Of a stretch of DNA of 64,000 bases, positions 1-13,875 are shown piece after piece. Within the stretch, counting starts at the first letter, position 1; the number at the start of each line of letters is the position of its first letter. The position numbers were made by a program, and so were the translations under genes. The notes below the pieces were generated by a model, which was given only the letters and a program-made list of their open reading frames with translations, had not been told where the DNA came from and made no database searches. The DNA comes from Macrostomum lignano (lineage: Eukaryota): NCBI GenBank assembly GCA_002269645.1, contig NIVC01003604.1, positions 24,472-88,471 of the forward strand, given 5' to 3'.

Positions 1-254
1 AGAGTCTGAACCTAAGCGAGCTTCAGTACAAGCCATCAGAAAGGAATTCGACACCATCACTCTGTTGGAATGTTCGCCAAGCCGCTTCGGTGCAGCTCTA
101 GACGCGGCCAGAGAGACGGCAGTGTGAAAGACGCCCTCATTTTTTAATTGCTATTTCTTATAGACGTGTAATTCAAGCACATTGAGCTTAGCGGCAGAGA
201 AACAAGGGACGCGTGTTTAACAAACAAAGTAGGGGAGAGGGGCAGGGAAAAGAG

Positions 255-650
255 TAGACAGAGATGCAGATAAAGATTAGACAGTGATGCAGACAGATTA
301 GACAGAGATACAGACAGAGTAGAAAGAGATGCAGACAGAGTAGACAGAGATGCAGATAGAGAGAAGACAGAGATGCAGACAGAGTAGACAGAGATGCAGA
401 TAGAGTAGACAGAGATGCAGATAGAGTAGACAGAGATGCAGACAGAGTAGACAGAGATGCAGATAGAGAGAAGACAGAGATGCAGACAGAGTAGACAGAG
501 ATGCAGATAGAGAGAAGACAGAGATGCAGACAGAGTAGACAGAGATGCAGACAGAGTAGACAGAGATGCAGACAGAGTAGACAGAGATGCAGATAGAGTA
601 GACAGAGATGCAGACAGAGTAGACAGAGATGCAGATAGAGTAGACAAAGA
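255..650. repeat. Minisatellite, ~21-23-bp GACAGAGATGCAGACAGAGTA unit
   Basis: Direct tandem periodicity; same family as 3465-5015. Confidence 0.95.
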
Positions 651-1369
651 TGCTTTTACATTATTGTAGGAACAAAACAGATTGGAATGTTGAAACAAAC
701 CAGAGTCCCTGGTTTCTACGCGGCTCACTATGTGTATCCCAAGAAAGAATTACCTAATAGATAGGTAAACTATAGATAAGGATCATTCGTATATCTATTA
801 GAAATCAAAACGCAAATTTACTTTTGAATAATAAAACTTGTGAAAAAACACCATAAAAGAGAAGGAGCTTTTCCTGCCATCGCGACAAATTTCTCTCTAA
901 ATCCGTGTTTAACTGTCGGGAAAAGCAGATATTGAAACAAGCGGCAGACCTTAATCCCAAATCCTACAGGCATTTCCGGAGCATCCAGTTTGAGGATTAG
1001 AGTTGAGAAATTATTTGGAAGTCAGAATGTAAATAATGCATAAAATTCCGCGGGTCCTCATGATTCACAGAATTAAAGATTATAAATAACTGCTTCATCA
1101 TATATATATTTGACATGTGGCAATAACAAAACTGAGTTATTTTCATTCAATGCATGATGATATGCACCTTTGAAAACTAACATTATAAAAACCGGATGAC
1201 TGAACAATTTGCAACTGTCTGGGCTCCAGTAACCGCTGAATGAGCAAGCTGCAAAGGTGACAGTGACAAGCGAAACCTCTCAATCCAGAGAGAGCTAGGA
1301 GTTCTCAAATTAAATGGAGTCGAAAACTAGTGGGAGAGAGAGGATCAGGGGAGGGCATCATGAAAGGAG

Positions 1370-1850
1370 AGGGAGAGGGATAAGAGAAAGGGGATTAGAG
1401 AGGGGATCTGAGAAAGTGGATTAGAGACGGGATCTGAGAAAGGGGATTAGAGAGGGGATCTGAGAAAGGGGACTAGAGAGGGGATCTGAGAAAGGGGATT
1501 AGAGAGGTGATCTGAGAAAGGGGATTAGAGACGGGATCTGAGAAAGGGGATTAGAGAGGTGATCTGAGAAAGGGGATTAGAGACGGGATCTGAGAAAGGG
1601 GATTAGAGAGGGGATCTGAGAAAGGGGATTAGAGACAGGGATCTGAGAAAGGGGATTAGAGAGGGGATCTGAGAAAGTGGATTAGAGACGGGATCTGAGA
1701 AAGGGGATTAGAGAGGGGATATGAGAAAGGGGATTAGAGACAGGATCTGAGAAGGGAATTAGAGAGGGGAGCTGGGAAATGAGATTAGAGACCGGGGATC
1801 TGAGAAGGGGATTAGAGAGGGGATCTAAAAAGGGGATTAGTGAGGGAGAT
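1370..1850. repeat. Minisatellite, ~26-bp GGGATTAGAGAGGGGATCTGAGAAAG unit
   Basis: Direct tandem periodicity immediately 3' of the XPNPEP3 stop. Confidence 0.95.
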
Positions 1851-1895
1851 AAGCGCCACGAATATCCTCAAACAACATCTTAACGGCACCCCTCA

Positions 1896-4800
1896 TCAGA
1901 TGCTGGCAGAGTAGGTCTCAGCGTCACCAGCCAGCCGCTGAACAGTCTCAGGGTCCAGCGCAGCCGATCCAGTCAGCAGTTCCAGCTCGCCAGTGTCTCC
2001 AATAGCGAAATCGTCTTCAAGTCGAACACCGCCAAGTCCGCGGAACTCCTGATGCACCAGCTGACAGTCAGGGGACAGGTAGAGCCCCGGCTCCAGGGGA
2101 AACACCACGCCACACTGCAGAGGCTCCGACCTGGACACGCTGGGCGTATCGTGGACGTCCATGCCGAGATAGTGAGACACGTGATGAGGACAGAGGGCGT
2201 GGCACAGCGCGTGAGAGCTCAGGCTGGCCCCCGCCTCGGTGAGCATCGAGGCTTCAATGAGGCGAGCCCGCAGCTTCTGGCCCATGTACAGGTGGACATC
2301 GTCAAGCGACACTCCGATCCGACAATGATCCCGACAGTCAATCAGTAGCTGACGGACAATCTCGTAGGCAACTAGCTGATGAGGCGTGAAACCGTCCGGG
2401 GAGGCTGGCCAGGTTCGAGTGATGTCGCTAACGTAGCCTTGGACATCAGCGCCGGAGTCGGCAAGGATGAGGTCGGGCGGCTGCACCGGCCGGTTGTTCT
2501 TCATGTAGTGAATCACCGTGGAGCGCTGGCCGCCGCCTGGCGAGAATGAGGGAATAGTGGAAAAATGAGCATTATAGGAGATGGATATAGTCTCTCGTTC
2601 AGAAGGGAGAAATAAGTAGATAGTGGAGAAGTAGACAGATAGAAGCCAAGTAGGCAGGAGAAAAGGTAGGAGAGAATTAGACAGAGGAGAGAAGTAGACA
2701 GAGAGGAAAGAAATTAGAAATAAAGAAGAGAAAGTAGACATAAAGGAGAGAAGTAGACAGAGAGGAGAAGAGTAGACAGAGGAGAGAAGTAGATATAAAG
2801 GAGAGAAGTAGACATAGAGGAGAGAAGTAGACATTAAGGAGAGAAAATAGACATTAAGGAGAGAAAGTACACATGAAGGAGAGGAGTAGACATAAAGGAG
2901 AGAATAGACATAGAGAGAAAAGTAGACAGGGGAGAAGTAGACATAAAGGAGAGAAGTAGACATAGAGGAGAAAAGTAGGCAGGAGAGAAGTAGACAGAGA
3001 GAAGTACATATAGCCATGAGAGACAGACGGAGAGATGAAAGAAAATTTGATATCTCAGGTCAGAAAATGTCGTTTTATTATTTCAAATCCAAGCTACGCA
3101 TTTAAGGTGCACACGCAGCAACTGCAGACAGACAGACAGATAAGAAGCCATTTTAGCTGCTAAACTCAAGCCAAGACTAATTTCCTATCATGCCGTGTTG
3201 CAAAGGATTTAGAGAAATTGATTTTGACTGGCAGAGAAAAAATGATATTCACAAGACTTTTGAGAAGTTGCTGAGAACTACAATGCACACGAGTAGAGTT
3301 ACGATTGCAAGATTTGAAAACCTTATAAAAAGAAATATGAGCTGCCAGACTTCATCATTATTTGAGAGAAAAAACTCTTTAGAAGTAGGCAGGGTGGAGC
3401 GAGGGCGATTTTGAGGGAGTAGAGAGAGGCAGGGAAATGGGATGGACATATGCAGATAGAGAGTAGACAGGGATGCAGACAGAGTAAACAGAGATACAGA
3501 CAGAGTAGACAGAGATGCAGACAGAGTAGACAGAGATGCAGACAGAGTAGACAGAGATGCAGACAGAGAATAGACAGAGATGCAGACAGAGATGCAGACA
3601 GAGAGTAGACAAAGATGCAGACAGAGTAGACAGAGATGCAGACAGAGTAGACAGAGATGCAGACAGAGAGTAGACAGGGATGCAGACAGAGAGTAGACAG
3701 AGATGCAGACAGAGAGTAGACAGAGATGCAGACAGAGAGTAGACAGAGATGCAGACAGAGAGTAGACAGAGATGCAGACAGAGAGTAGACAGAGATGCAG
3801 ACAGAGAGTAGACAGAGATGCAAACAGAGAGTAGACAAAGATGCAGACAGAGTAAACAGAGATACAGACAGAGTAGACAGAGATGCAGACAGAGTAGACA
3901 GAGATGCAGACAGAGAGTAGACAGGGATGCAGACAGAGAGTAGACAGGGATGCAGACAGAGAGTAGACAGAGATGCAGACAGAGAGTAGACAGAGATGCA
4001 GACAGAGAGTAGACAGAGATGCAAACAGAGAGTAGACAAAGATGCAGACAGAGTAAACAGAGATACAGACAGAGTAGACAGAGATGCAGACAGAGTAGAC
4101 AGAGATGCAAACAGAGAGTAGACAAAGATGCAGACAGAGTAAACAGAGATACAGACAGAGTAGACAGAGATGCAGACAGAGTAGACAGAGATGCAGACAG
4201 AGAGTAGACAGGGATGCAGACAGAGAGTAGACAGGGATGCAGACAGAGAGTAGACAGAGATGCAGACAGAGAGTAGACAGAGATGCAGACAGAGAGTAGA
4301 CAGAGATGCAAACAGAGAGTAGACAAAGATGCAGACAGAGTAAACAGAGATGCAGACAGAGAGTAGACAGAGATGCAGACAGAGAGTAGACAGAGATGCA
4401 AACAGAGAGTAGACAAAGATGCAGACAGAGTAAACAGAGATACAGACAGAGTAGACAGAGATGCAGACAGAGTAGACAGAGATGCAGACAGAGAGTAGAC
4501 AGGGATGCAGACAGAGAGTAGACAGAGATGCAGACAGAGAGTAGACAGAGATGCAGACAGAGAGTAGACAGAGATGCAGACAGAGAGTAGACAGAGATGC
4601 AGACAGAGAGTAGACAGAGATGCAAACAGAGAGTAGACAAAGATGCAGACAGAGTAAACAGAGATACAAACAGAGTAGACAGAGATGCAGACAGAGTAGA
4701 CAGAGATGCAGACAGAGAGTAGACAGGGATGCAGACAGAGAGTAGACAGAGATGCAGACAGAGAGTAGACAGAGATGCAGACAGAGAGTAGACAGAGATG

Positions 4801-7800
4801 CAGACAGAGAGTAGACAGAGATGCAGACAGAGAGTAGACAGAGATGCAGACAGAGAGTAGACAGAGATGCAGACAGAGAGTAGACAGAGATGCAGACAGA
4901 GAGTAGACAGAGATGCAGACAGAGAGTAGACAGAGATGCAAACAGAGAGTAGACAGAGATGCAGACAGAGTAAACAGAGATACAGACAGAGTAGACAGAG
5001 ATGCAGACAGAGTAGACCCAGCAGTGCTATAGTACCAAGAAGGGTAAAGCGAGAGTAATGAGCAATAATCAAGGTACAACTGGGCGTGAGAATTAGAAAA
5101 AAGTTTAACACGACCGCTCTCTGTGAAGCTGGGCTTCAATGAATAGATTAGGTTTTTTCCCAGCTGATGCAGAATTTATTTGATTTAAAATCGGATTCGG
5201 CTTTGCTTTGATCTCTGACCGACTCCCGACTTTCTGAGAGCAGATGCATCGAAAAGTTGATTGGGGATGAGAGAGACGGAGACAGAGAGAACTTTTGAAT
5301 TTTTTGCATAGCCATACGGAATAAAATCACTTCTATGTGATGCATTAGTAAATGTCAAGTATGACTCATTGCATCTGTAAATCCTGTCTCCATATCTATC
5401 ACTTGAGTATCCCTACATCTATCACTTGAGTATCCCTACATCTATCACTTGAGTATCCCTACATCTATCACTTGAGTATCCCTACATCTATCACTTGAGT
5501 ATCCGTATATCTATCACTTGAGTATCCCTACATCTATCACTTGAGTATCCCTACATCTATCACTTGAGTATCCCTACATCTATCACTTGAGTATCCCTAC
5601 ATCTATCACTTGAGTATCCGTATATCTATCACTTGAGTATCCCTATATCTATCACTTGAGTATCCCTACATCTATCACTTGAGTATCCCTATATCTATCA
5701 CTTGAGTATCCCTACATCTATCACTTGAGTATCCCTACATCTATCACTTGAGTATCCCTATATCTATCACTTGAGTATCCCTACATCTATCACTTGAGTA
5801 TCCCTACATCTATCACTTGAGTATCCCTATATCTATCACTTGAGTATCCCTATATCTATCACTTGAGTATCCCTACATCTATCACTTGAGTATCCCTACA
5901 TCTATCACTTGAGTATCCCTATATCTATCACTTGAGTATCCCTACATCTATCACTTGAGTATCCCTACATCTATCACTTGAGTATCCCTATATCTATCAC
6001 TTGAGTATCCCTACATCTATCACTTGAGTATCCCTATATCTATCACTTGAGTATCCCTACATCTATCACTTGAGTATCCCTACATCTATCACTTGAGTAT
6101 CCCTACATCTATCACTTGAGTATCCCTATATCTATCACTTGAGTATCCCTACATCTATCACTTGAGTATCCCTATATCTATCACTTGAGTATCCCTACAT
6201 CTATCACTTGAGTATCCCTACATCTATCACTTGAGTATCCCTATATCTATCACTTGAGTATCCCTACATCTATCACTTGAGTATCCCTATATCTATCACT
6301 TGAGTATCCCTACATCTATCACTTGAGTATCCCTATATCTATCACTTGAGTATCCCTACATCTATCACTTGAGTATCCCTATATCTATCACTTGAGTATC
6401 CCTACATCTATCACTTGAGTATCCCTACATCTATCCATAGAGTATCCCTACATCTATCACTAAAGTATCCCTAGATCTACCCTACAGTAATCCCTAGATC
6501 TACCCTACAGTAATCTCCACATCCATCCCTACAGTAATCAATACATCTAAACTACGATATCCCTACATCTAACCTACAATATCCCTACATCTAACCTACA
6601 ATATCCCTACATCTAACCTACAATATCCCTACATCTAACCTACAATATCCCTACATCTAACCTACAATAATCCCTGCATCTAACCTATAGTAATCCCTAC
6701 ATCTATCACTACTATTTGGCAGCCATAAATGTCCCAAAACTAACTCACCAATCACAGGCGGATAGGCCAACCGATCCGCTCCCAGCCTTCGACATTCAAA
6801 GTCCAACACGGCCCACACGGCAGCCTCATTAATATCCGGCTTAGTCGCTCTCATAGCCGAGTTCATCGCCTCAGAACCGATTAGAGCCGCTCGACGCATG
6901 ACAGCTAACTCTTTGGCTGACTTACGCCATCGAACTCGGTCCAACACGGGCTCAATGTTGGCCACTGCCTGCGGGCCGCGCTGTTTCACAGCTGCTAAAA
7001 CCAGACTGCGATCCAGATTGCCATTGGCTGGCTCTTTGTAGTTGTACCATAGAGCTAACCTGGGGTGAGGGCGGCGATGTATGTCTGAGTTTAAGTCTCG
7101 TATTTCTAATTTGTATGAGATGTTATCATTGAGTCGTTTCATACGACTCTGTATCTCCGCTGCCCATCTTCTTACCTCTCCGCTTCCCAACTCCTAAATC
7201 TCTACTCCCGTCTCCCTGCATCTCTACTCCCTGTCTCAATGCACCTCTACTCCCCGTCTCCCTGCACCTCTGCTACCCTTCGCCGTCTCAATGCACCTCT
7301 ACTCCCCGTCTCCCTGAACCTCTACTCCCCGTCTCAATGCACCTCTACTCCCCGTCTCCCTGCACCTCTACTCCCCGTCTCAATGCACCTCTACTCCCCG
7401 TCTCCCTGCACCTCTACTCCCCGTCTCAATGCACCTCTACTCCCCGTCTCAATGCACCTCTACTCCCCGTCTCAATGCACCTCTACTCCCCGTCTCAATG
7501 CACCTCTACTCCCCGTTTCAATGCACCCCTACTCCCCGTCTCAATGCACCTCTACTCCCCGTCTCAATGCACCTCTACTCCCCGTTTCAATGCACCCCTA
7601 CTCCCCGTCTCCCTATATCTCTACTCCCCGTATCCCTATATCTCTACTCCCCGTATCCCTATATCTCTACTCCCCGTATCCCTATATCTCTACTCCCCGT
7701 ATCCCTATATCTCTACTCCCCGTATCCCTTTATCTCTACTCCCCGTCTCCCTATATCTCTACTCCCCGTCTCCCTTTATCTCTACTCCCCGTCTCCCTAT

Positions 7801-10800
7801 ATCTCTACTCCCCGTCTCCCTATATCTCTACTCCCCGTCTCCCTATATCTCTACTCACCGTCTCCCTATATCTCTACTCCCCGTCTCCCTATATCTCTAC
7901 TCACCGTCTCCCTATATCTCTACTCCCCGTCTCCCTATATCTCTACTCCCCGTATCCCTATATCTCTACTCCCCGTCTCCCTATATCTCTACTCCCGTCT
8001 CCCTATATCTCTACACCCGTCTCCCTATATCTCTACTCCCGTCTCCCTATATCTCTACTCCACATCTCCCTACATCTCTACTCCCTCTATGCTTAATCTT
8101 TTCTCAAAAAAATCTCCCTACATCTCTACTCCCTCTATCCCTGAATCTGTTCTCCATCTATCCCCACATCTCTTCTCCCCACTTCCCTACATCTCTACTT
8201 CCTATCTGCCTACATCTCTTCTCCCTGTATCCCTGAATCTCTCTTTTTTCAGATCTTCCTATCCCAATGTCGTATTATATCTCTACCATATCCTATCCGC
8301 CTACTCAGTTATTTATATTCAAATCAAGCAACGCTTTGAATAAAATAGCTGATATTAACAAAAAATATTTTCAAGCAAAATCGCATTAAAAACAAACAGA
8401 TATTCAAATCACGCATAGGGGATTTATAAATCCGTTGCCATGGCAGCACTTAACTACACCGCTATAAATCAATTGTCTCCTCCTACATGCATAGAAATAG
8501 GAAATGTGAAATTCCCTCGCTAAAACAAGCAGCAGTTCGCTAGAAAACCAACAGACTAGTTGAAGATTTTTGGTTTCGAGGTGAGTCTCTAGTAAAATAG
8601 CAAAAAAATTGGTCAGATTTTTTGGCCAATAAATGAAATGAGATGCCGGGTAACTAATGCATTTCAAAATGATAAGGAAAAAGATACAATAGTCTACAGT
8701 ATGCGGGTGAAGATATGATCTTAAACTATGTGAAAGCGGTTATAAATGGACACTTCACATTCAATAGCATCAGATGATCTTTATTTGAACTCCATATGAT
8801 CTCTACATGGCAATACAGATTTAATTTTTGCTAAAATCGATCACATACCTACCTAGATAGATACCTACCGGCAGACCATTTTTAGTATATAGATCTAACC
8901 CCTGACTCCCTGCATCTTAATACCTGCCTTCTTGCATCTCACTCTGTGTCCCTAAATCTCACTCCTTGTCTCCTTGCATCTCACTCCTTGTCTCCTTGCA
9001 TCTCACTCTCTGTCTCCCTACATCCTAATTTCCGTCTCCTTGCATCCAACTACCTGTATCCCTGCATCTCACTCCCTGTCTCCTACATCCTAATTTCCGT
9101 CTCCCTGCATCTCACTACCTGTCTCCCTGACTCTCCCTCCCTGTCTCCATGCATCTCCCTCCTTGTCTCCCTGCATCTCACTCCCTGTCTCCCTGCATCT
9201 CACTACCTGTCTCCCTGACTCTCACTCCCTGTCTCCCTGCATCTCACTACCTGTCTCCCTGAATCTCACTCCCTGTCTCCATGCATCACACTCCTTGTCT
9301 CCCTGCATCTCACTCCTTGTCTCCCTGCATCTCACTACCTGTCTCCCTGAATCTCACTCCCTGCATTTTACAGTCTATAAACTTTTAGACAATATTATAC
9401 TGATTACTCAACTTTCACAATTTTGATTTTCCCTATCGCCGAAATTAAATGATGATTTTTAACTTTCAATTTTCAAATTTCAAGCTTGCGGTATTGACTT
9501 TTATTTTACTACAAACAACGCACCACCTTTAGTATTAAGATTATGAGCTATTATAGAGCAGAATGGTAGCATTTGAATCCAATTTCATCCAGACACTGAT
9601 AGTAAGATAAGGTTGCTACGAGCTATTTATAGTTTTCCCGACCTTATCCGATACCAGTAATAACATTAAAATACTACTCACCAGCCACATTACTAAGAAC
9701 TGGGTCATTTTTAAGCGTCAGAACCGGATGCGTCTCCCGAGGGATTTAAATTTAGGATAGCCAGCTGGCATCAGTCAAAAATTCATAATCAAATAAAACG
9801 CTCAACATCTTTATACCCTACCCTTAACACTGCTGAGCCTCTCTGACCAACAGAAGTTTCAGAAGTCTGCAGACTCCATGTTTATAGATTAACTCAATCA
9901 AATTTGACAATTAATAGAAGTATTGAAATATCCAATCAGCTTAATGATTACATATAAATAATTCCAGACATAAAGACTGAACTGGAGCACAAAAATCAAT
10001 ACTGATTAGCTTTTTAAAGTAGGCCTTAACTGAAACAAAGACTCAAATCTTAATTAAAACAGACTTAAGTTTTAACAAAAACAAAGACTCGAGCCTCAAC
10101 TGAAACAAAGACTCAAATCTTAATTAAAACAGACTTAAGTTTTAACAAAAACAAAGACTCGAGCCTCAACTGAAACAAAGACTCAAATCTTAATTAAAAC
10201 AGACTTAAGTTTTAACAAAAACAAAGACTCGAGCCTCAACTGAAACAAAGACTCAAATCTTAATTAAAACAGACTTAAGTTTTAACAAAAACAAAGACTC
10301 GAGCCTCAACTGAAACAAAGACTCAAGTGTTAACTAAAAGAAAGAATCACGTCTAAACTTAAACAAGGACTTAATAATCAACTGAAACAAAGACTTAAGT
10401 CTCACCGAAACAAAGACTTAAGTCTCACCGAAACAAAGACTAAGTCTAAACTAAAACAAAGACTCAAGCATAGACTAAAACAAAGACTCAAGTCCCACAC
10501 AAAGACTTAGGTCTAAACTAAACCAAAGACTCAAATCTTAATTAAAACAGACTTAAGTCTAAACTAAACCAAAGACTCAAATCTTAATTAAAACAGACTT
10601 AAGTCTAAACTAAACCAAAGACTCAAATCTTAATTAAAACAGACTTAAGTCTAAACTAAACCAAAGACTCAAATCTTAATTAAAACAGACTTAAGTCTAA
10701 ACTAAACCAAAGACTCAAATCTTAATTAAAACAGACTTAAGTCTTAACAAAAACAAAAACTCGAGCCTCAACTAAAACAAAGACTCAAGTCTCAACTGAA

Positions 10801-13510
10801 ACAAAGACTCAAATCCCAACTGAAACAAAGACTCAAGTTTGAACTAAAACAAAGACTCAAGTTTTAATTAAACCAAAGACCAAAGACCAAGTATAGACTA
10901 AAACAAAGACTTCAGACGTTGCCCAATAGAAAATATCGTCTTTAGCAAAAAGAGAATACACTGAACTCACTTTCCCTTAGCGCTAGTCATCTGGTCAGCC
11001 AAAAACTTGGCCGCCTCCTCATCCTCGGTGTACAATCCAGAATTAGCCGGATCTAGCAGGCCCGCCCGTTGGGCAGCTTCAACGGGCGTCGGCTCACCAC
11101 CGTCCCACAGTCGCTCAGTCTCCGACTGTCGATGCACCAGCAGGCGCGCCGTGTCAAAGTCGCTAACACCCGAACCACCGTTGCAAGCCAGCACCAGCAT
11201 GGCATCGGCGCCCAGGTGCCCGGTCAGGTAGCGGAAATACGAATTCTGCCGCATAGTGTAGGGCACGTGATGCGCCATGAACTGCTGCTGAGCCGACGGT
11301 ACCAGTAGTATGTGACGGTCAAAATCCGCGAACTGCTTGTCGCTTGACAGTCGGCGGGTGAACTCTTCGAATAGGAGGCGTCTGGGGAGGGGTTGAAAGA
11401 TACAGAGTGTGAGTGAGTGCCTGCGTACAGTATTGCAACTGACTAGATCGCAGATACTACGCTAGTATAAAGATATGTTTTTGATTAGAACAGTATCCCT
11501 GGCGCACTTTAAGAAGCGGCATTGTCACACAACCGGCGAGAGACATTACTACCCGTTCCGCCGACTCCCCTGAGCAGGCACACAAGCGCGCGGAGGGAGA
11601 GGGTGGGAGACACAGGCACATACTCACACAGGCCCTTTATTTATCGTTAGGCATGTACACTTCACTGTGCCTTGGGAGCTGGCCCTCAAAGCCGTTAATT
11701 GCACGAGCAGAGCCAAGCCGAGATTCCAATTTAGCCCCAATGTTAATGTGACTGCATTTGGAATCGAGCCTGGGCCGCTGGCACATCAGAGCCTGCGCTA
11801 GACCGCTAGGCTACGGCCTTCCTAACTAGATATGCCAGTCATAATTAACTGGCCAATCTCCCAAAACACCATCAGTGTGTTCAATGCTGTAGCTGAAGAT
11901 AAAACGAGTCCGGGCCAACTGCATGCCTCCTTACCGACAGGCATTAACCATCTAATCAGTTGCAGCAATTTGTTAGTGAAGTGTAACAGTCAGTTTCCCC
12001 ATAACTTCAACAGATAAAAGTGCAGATCGCCGGTATGTATCGAAAATAACATTTCAGTTTTGACGCTTTATCTCTAACGGGGGCGTGAAAAAAAGCGGAT
12101 GAAAAAGATATGGGACAGGGTGAGGGAGAGGGTGAGAGAGATAGAAGCAGGGTGAGGGAGAGGGTGAGAGAGATAGGGACAGGGAGAGGGAGAGGGTGAG
12201 AAAGATAGGGACAGGGAGAGGGAGAGGGTGAGAGAGATAGGGACAGGGAGAGGGTGAGGGTGAGAGAGATAGGGACAGGGAGAGGGTGAGGGTGAGAGAG
12301 ATAGAAGCAGGGTGAGGGAGAGGGTGAGAGAGATAGGGACATGAAGAGAGTGAGAGAGAGATAGGGACAGGGAGAGGGTGAGAGAGAGATAGGGACAGGG
12401 AGAGGGTGAGAGAGAGATAGGGACAGGGAGAGGGTGAGAGAGAGATAGGGACAGGGAGAGGGTGAGAGAGAGAGATGGGGACAGGGAGAGGGAGAGGGTG
12501 AGAGAGAGATAGGGACAGGGAGAGGGTGAGAGAGATAGGGACAGGGAGAGGGTGAGAGAGAGATAGGGACAGGGAGAGGGTGAGGGTGAGAGAGATAGAA
12601 GCAAGGTGAGGGAGAGGGTGAGAGAGATAGGGACATGAAGAGAGTGAGAGAGAGATAGGGACAGGGAGAGGGTGAGAGAGAGATAGGGACAGGGAGAGGG
12701 AGGGTGAGAGAGATAGAAGCAGGGTGAGGGAGAGGGTGAGAGAGATAGGGACATGAAGAGAGTGAGAGAGAGATAGGGACAGGGAGAGGGTGAGAGAGAG
12801 ATAGGGACAGGGAGAGGGTGAGAGAGAGATAGGGACAGGGAGAGGGTGAGAGAGAGAGATGGGGACAGGGAGAGGCAGAGGGTGAGAGAGAGATAGGGAC
12901 AGGGAGAGAGTGAGAGAGAGAGATAGGGACAGGGAGAGGGAGAGGGTGAGAGAGAGATGGGGACAGGGAGAGGGTGAGAGAGAGATAGGGACAGGGAGAG
13001 GGTGAGAGAGAGAGATGGGGACAGGGAGAGGGTGAGAGAGAGATAGGGACAGGGAGAGGGTGAGAGAGAGAGATGGGGACAGGGAGAGGGAGAGGGTGAG
13101 AGAGAGATAGGGACAGGGAGAGGGAGAGGGTGAGAGAGAGATGGGGACAGGGAGAGGGTGAGAGAGAGATGGGGACAGGGAGAGGGAGAGAGCGCGCGGC
13201 AACCCAGCAGGCAGCTGTAGAGAGCAGAATCCAAAGTCCAAAAAGCAGCAGTCAACAAGGCCACAGGCCAGCCATATCTAAAGCATTTCGCGCACCTTCG
13301 CTCAGCATAGTCAGCTGGCGTGAACGGATCCAAATAGAAGTGACCACTCCGCGGCAACAGCAGCTCCGGACCGTCCAGATGGGACGGCGTTGAAGAACCC
13401 GATGACGTGGTTGATGAAGATTGAGCAGGCGAGGCTGATGCAGTGTAAGAGGAGCTGCTGCTGCTGCTGCTGCTTAGGAAGCGACGGCAGGCGCTAAATT
13501 TACGAAGCAT
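1896..13510 (-). CDS. XPNPEP3: Xaa-Pro aminopeptidase 3 (M24B family), 4 exons: join(13510..13296, 11381..10971, 7059..6749, 2536..1896), 525 aa
   Basis: Exons joined by hand at GT-AG sites with matching phases (215+411+311+641=1578 nt, divisible by 3). N-terminal AMP_N-like segment (FMAHHVPYTMRQNSYFRYLTG, RLWDG), then WRKSAKELAVM, LAYPPVIGGG and the M24 metal ligands LADSG..VSDITRTWP, HHVSHYLGMDVHD, LEPG, RLEDD. Basic, acid-free N-terminus MLRKFSACRRFL fits a mitochondrial presequence, as expected for XPNPEP3/Icp55. Confidence 0.93.
2600..3015. repeat. Degenerate purine-rich tandem repeat (GGAGAGAAGTAGACA core)
   Basis: Tandem periodicity in XPNPEP3 intron 3. Confidence 0.85.
3465..5015. 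repeat. Minisatellite, 21/23-bp GACAGAGATGCAGACAGAG(AG)TA
   Basis: About 70 units; source of three spurious 450-620-aa ORFs. Confidence 0.97.
5390..6710. repeat. Minisatellite, 23-bp CTATCACTTGAGTATCCCTA(C/T)AT, grading into ~22-bp ATCCCTACATCTAACCTACAAT
   Basis: About 45 near-perfect units, then diverged units approaching the exon 3 donor. Confidence 0.97.
7195..8230. repeat. Minisatellite, ~23-bp CTCTACTCCCCGTCTC(AATGCAC/CCTATAT), two sub-blocks
   Basis: Direct tandem periodicity in XPNPEP3 intron 2. Confidence 0.95.
8900..9365. repeat. Minisatellite, ~22-bp CATCTCACTCCCTGTCTCCCTG
   Basis: Direct tandem periodicity. Confidence 0.9.
10025..10915. repeat. AT-rich tandem repeat with a 70-bp higher-order unit built from ~23-bp AAACAAAGACTCAA subunits
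   Basis: AACTGAAACAAAGACTC recurs at 10028, 10098 and onward at 70-bp steps, then switches to a shorter unit. Confidence 0.9.
11497..11818 (-). mobile_element. tRNA-derived SINE, family A (XPNPEP3 intron 1)
   Basis: Reverse-complement match along the length of 25713-26055. Confidence 0.75.
12105..13190. repeat. Purine-rich minisatellite, ~26-28-bp AGGGACAGGGAGAGGGTGAGAGAGAT
   Basis: Tandem periodicity in XPNPEP3 intron 1. Confidence 0.95.
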
Positions 13511-13569
13511 TCTTAGGCATGCAAAATGTTCAAAGGAATCGCTAAATGTCAGTCGTTGAATGTCGTTGA

Positions 13570-13875
13570 ATGACAGTCAAATGTCACTGGCTAGTCAAAT
13601 GTCACTGACAGTCAAAAGTCACTGGCTAGTCAAATGTCTCTGCCTAGTCTAATGTCTCTGGCTAGTCAAATGTCACTGACAGTCAAAAGTCACTGACAGT
13701 CAAATGTCACTGACTAGTCAAATGTCACTGACTAGTCAAATGTCACTGACAGTCAAATGTTACTGACAATCAAATGTCACTGACAGTCAAGTGTCACTGG
13801 CTAGTCAAATGTCACGGAGAATCAAATGTCACTGAAAGTAAAATGTCACTGACAGTCACATGTCACTGATAGTCA
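13570..13875. repeat. 17-bp AAATGTCACTGACAGTC tandem repeat
   Basis: Tandem periodicity just upstream of the XPNPEP3 ATG. Confidence 0.9.

Noticed and set aside
144-5139. Long ORFs of 194-620 aa (LCLHLCLLSVCIS.., SASLSTL..)
   Set aside because: Translations of stop-free minisatellites, open in several frames at once; they lie in an intron of or downstream of XPNPEP3.
7239-9426. Plus-strand Pro/Ser/Tyr/Leu-rich ORFs (extensin-like)
   Set aside because: Tandem-repeat translations open in all three frames.
12007-13241. LSLSPSP-rich ORFs and the 478-aa ORF 12074-13510
   Set aside because: Only 13510-13296 is coding (XPNPEP3 exon 1); the rest reads through the donor into a minisatellite.
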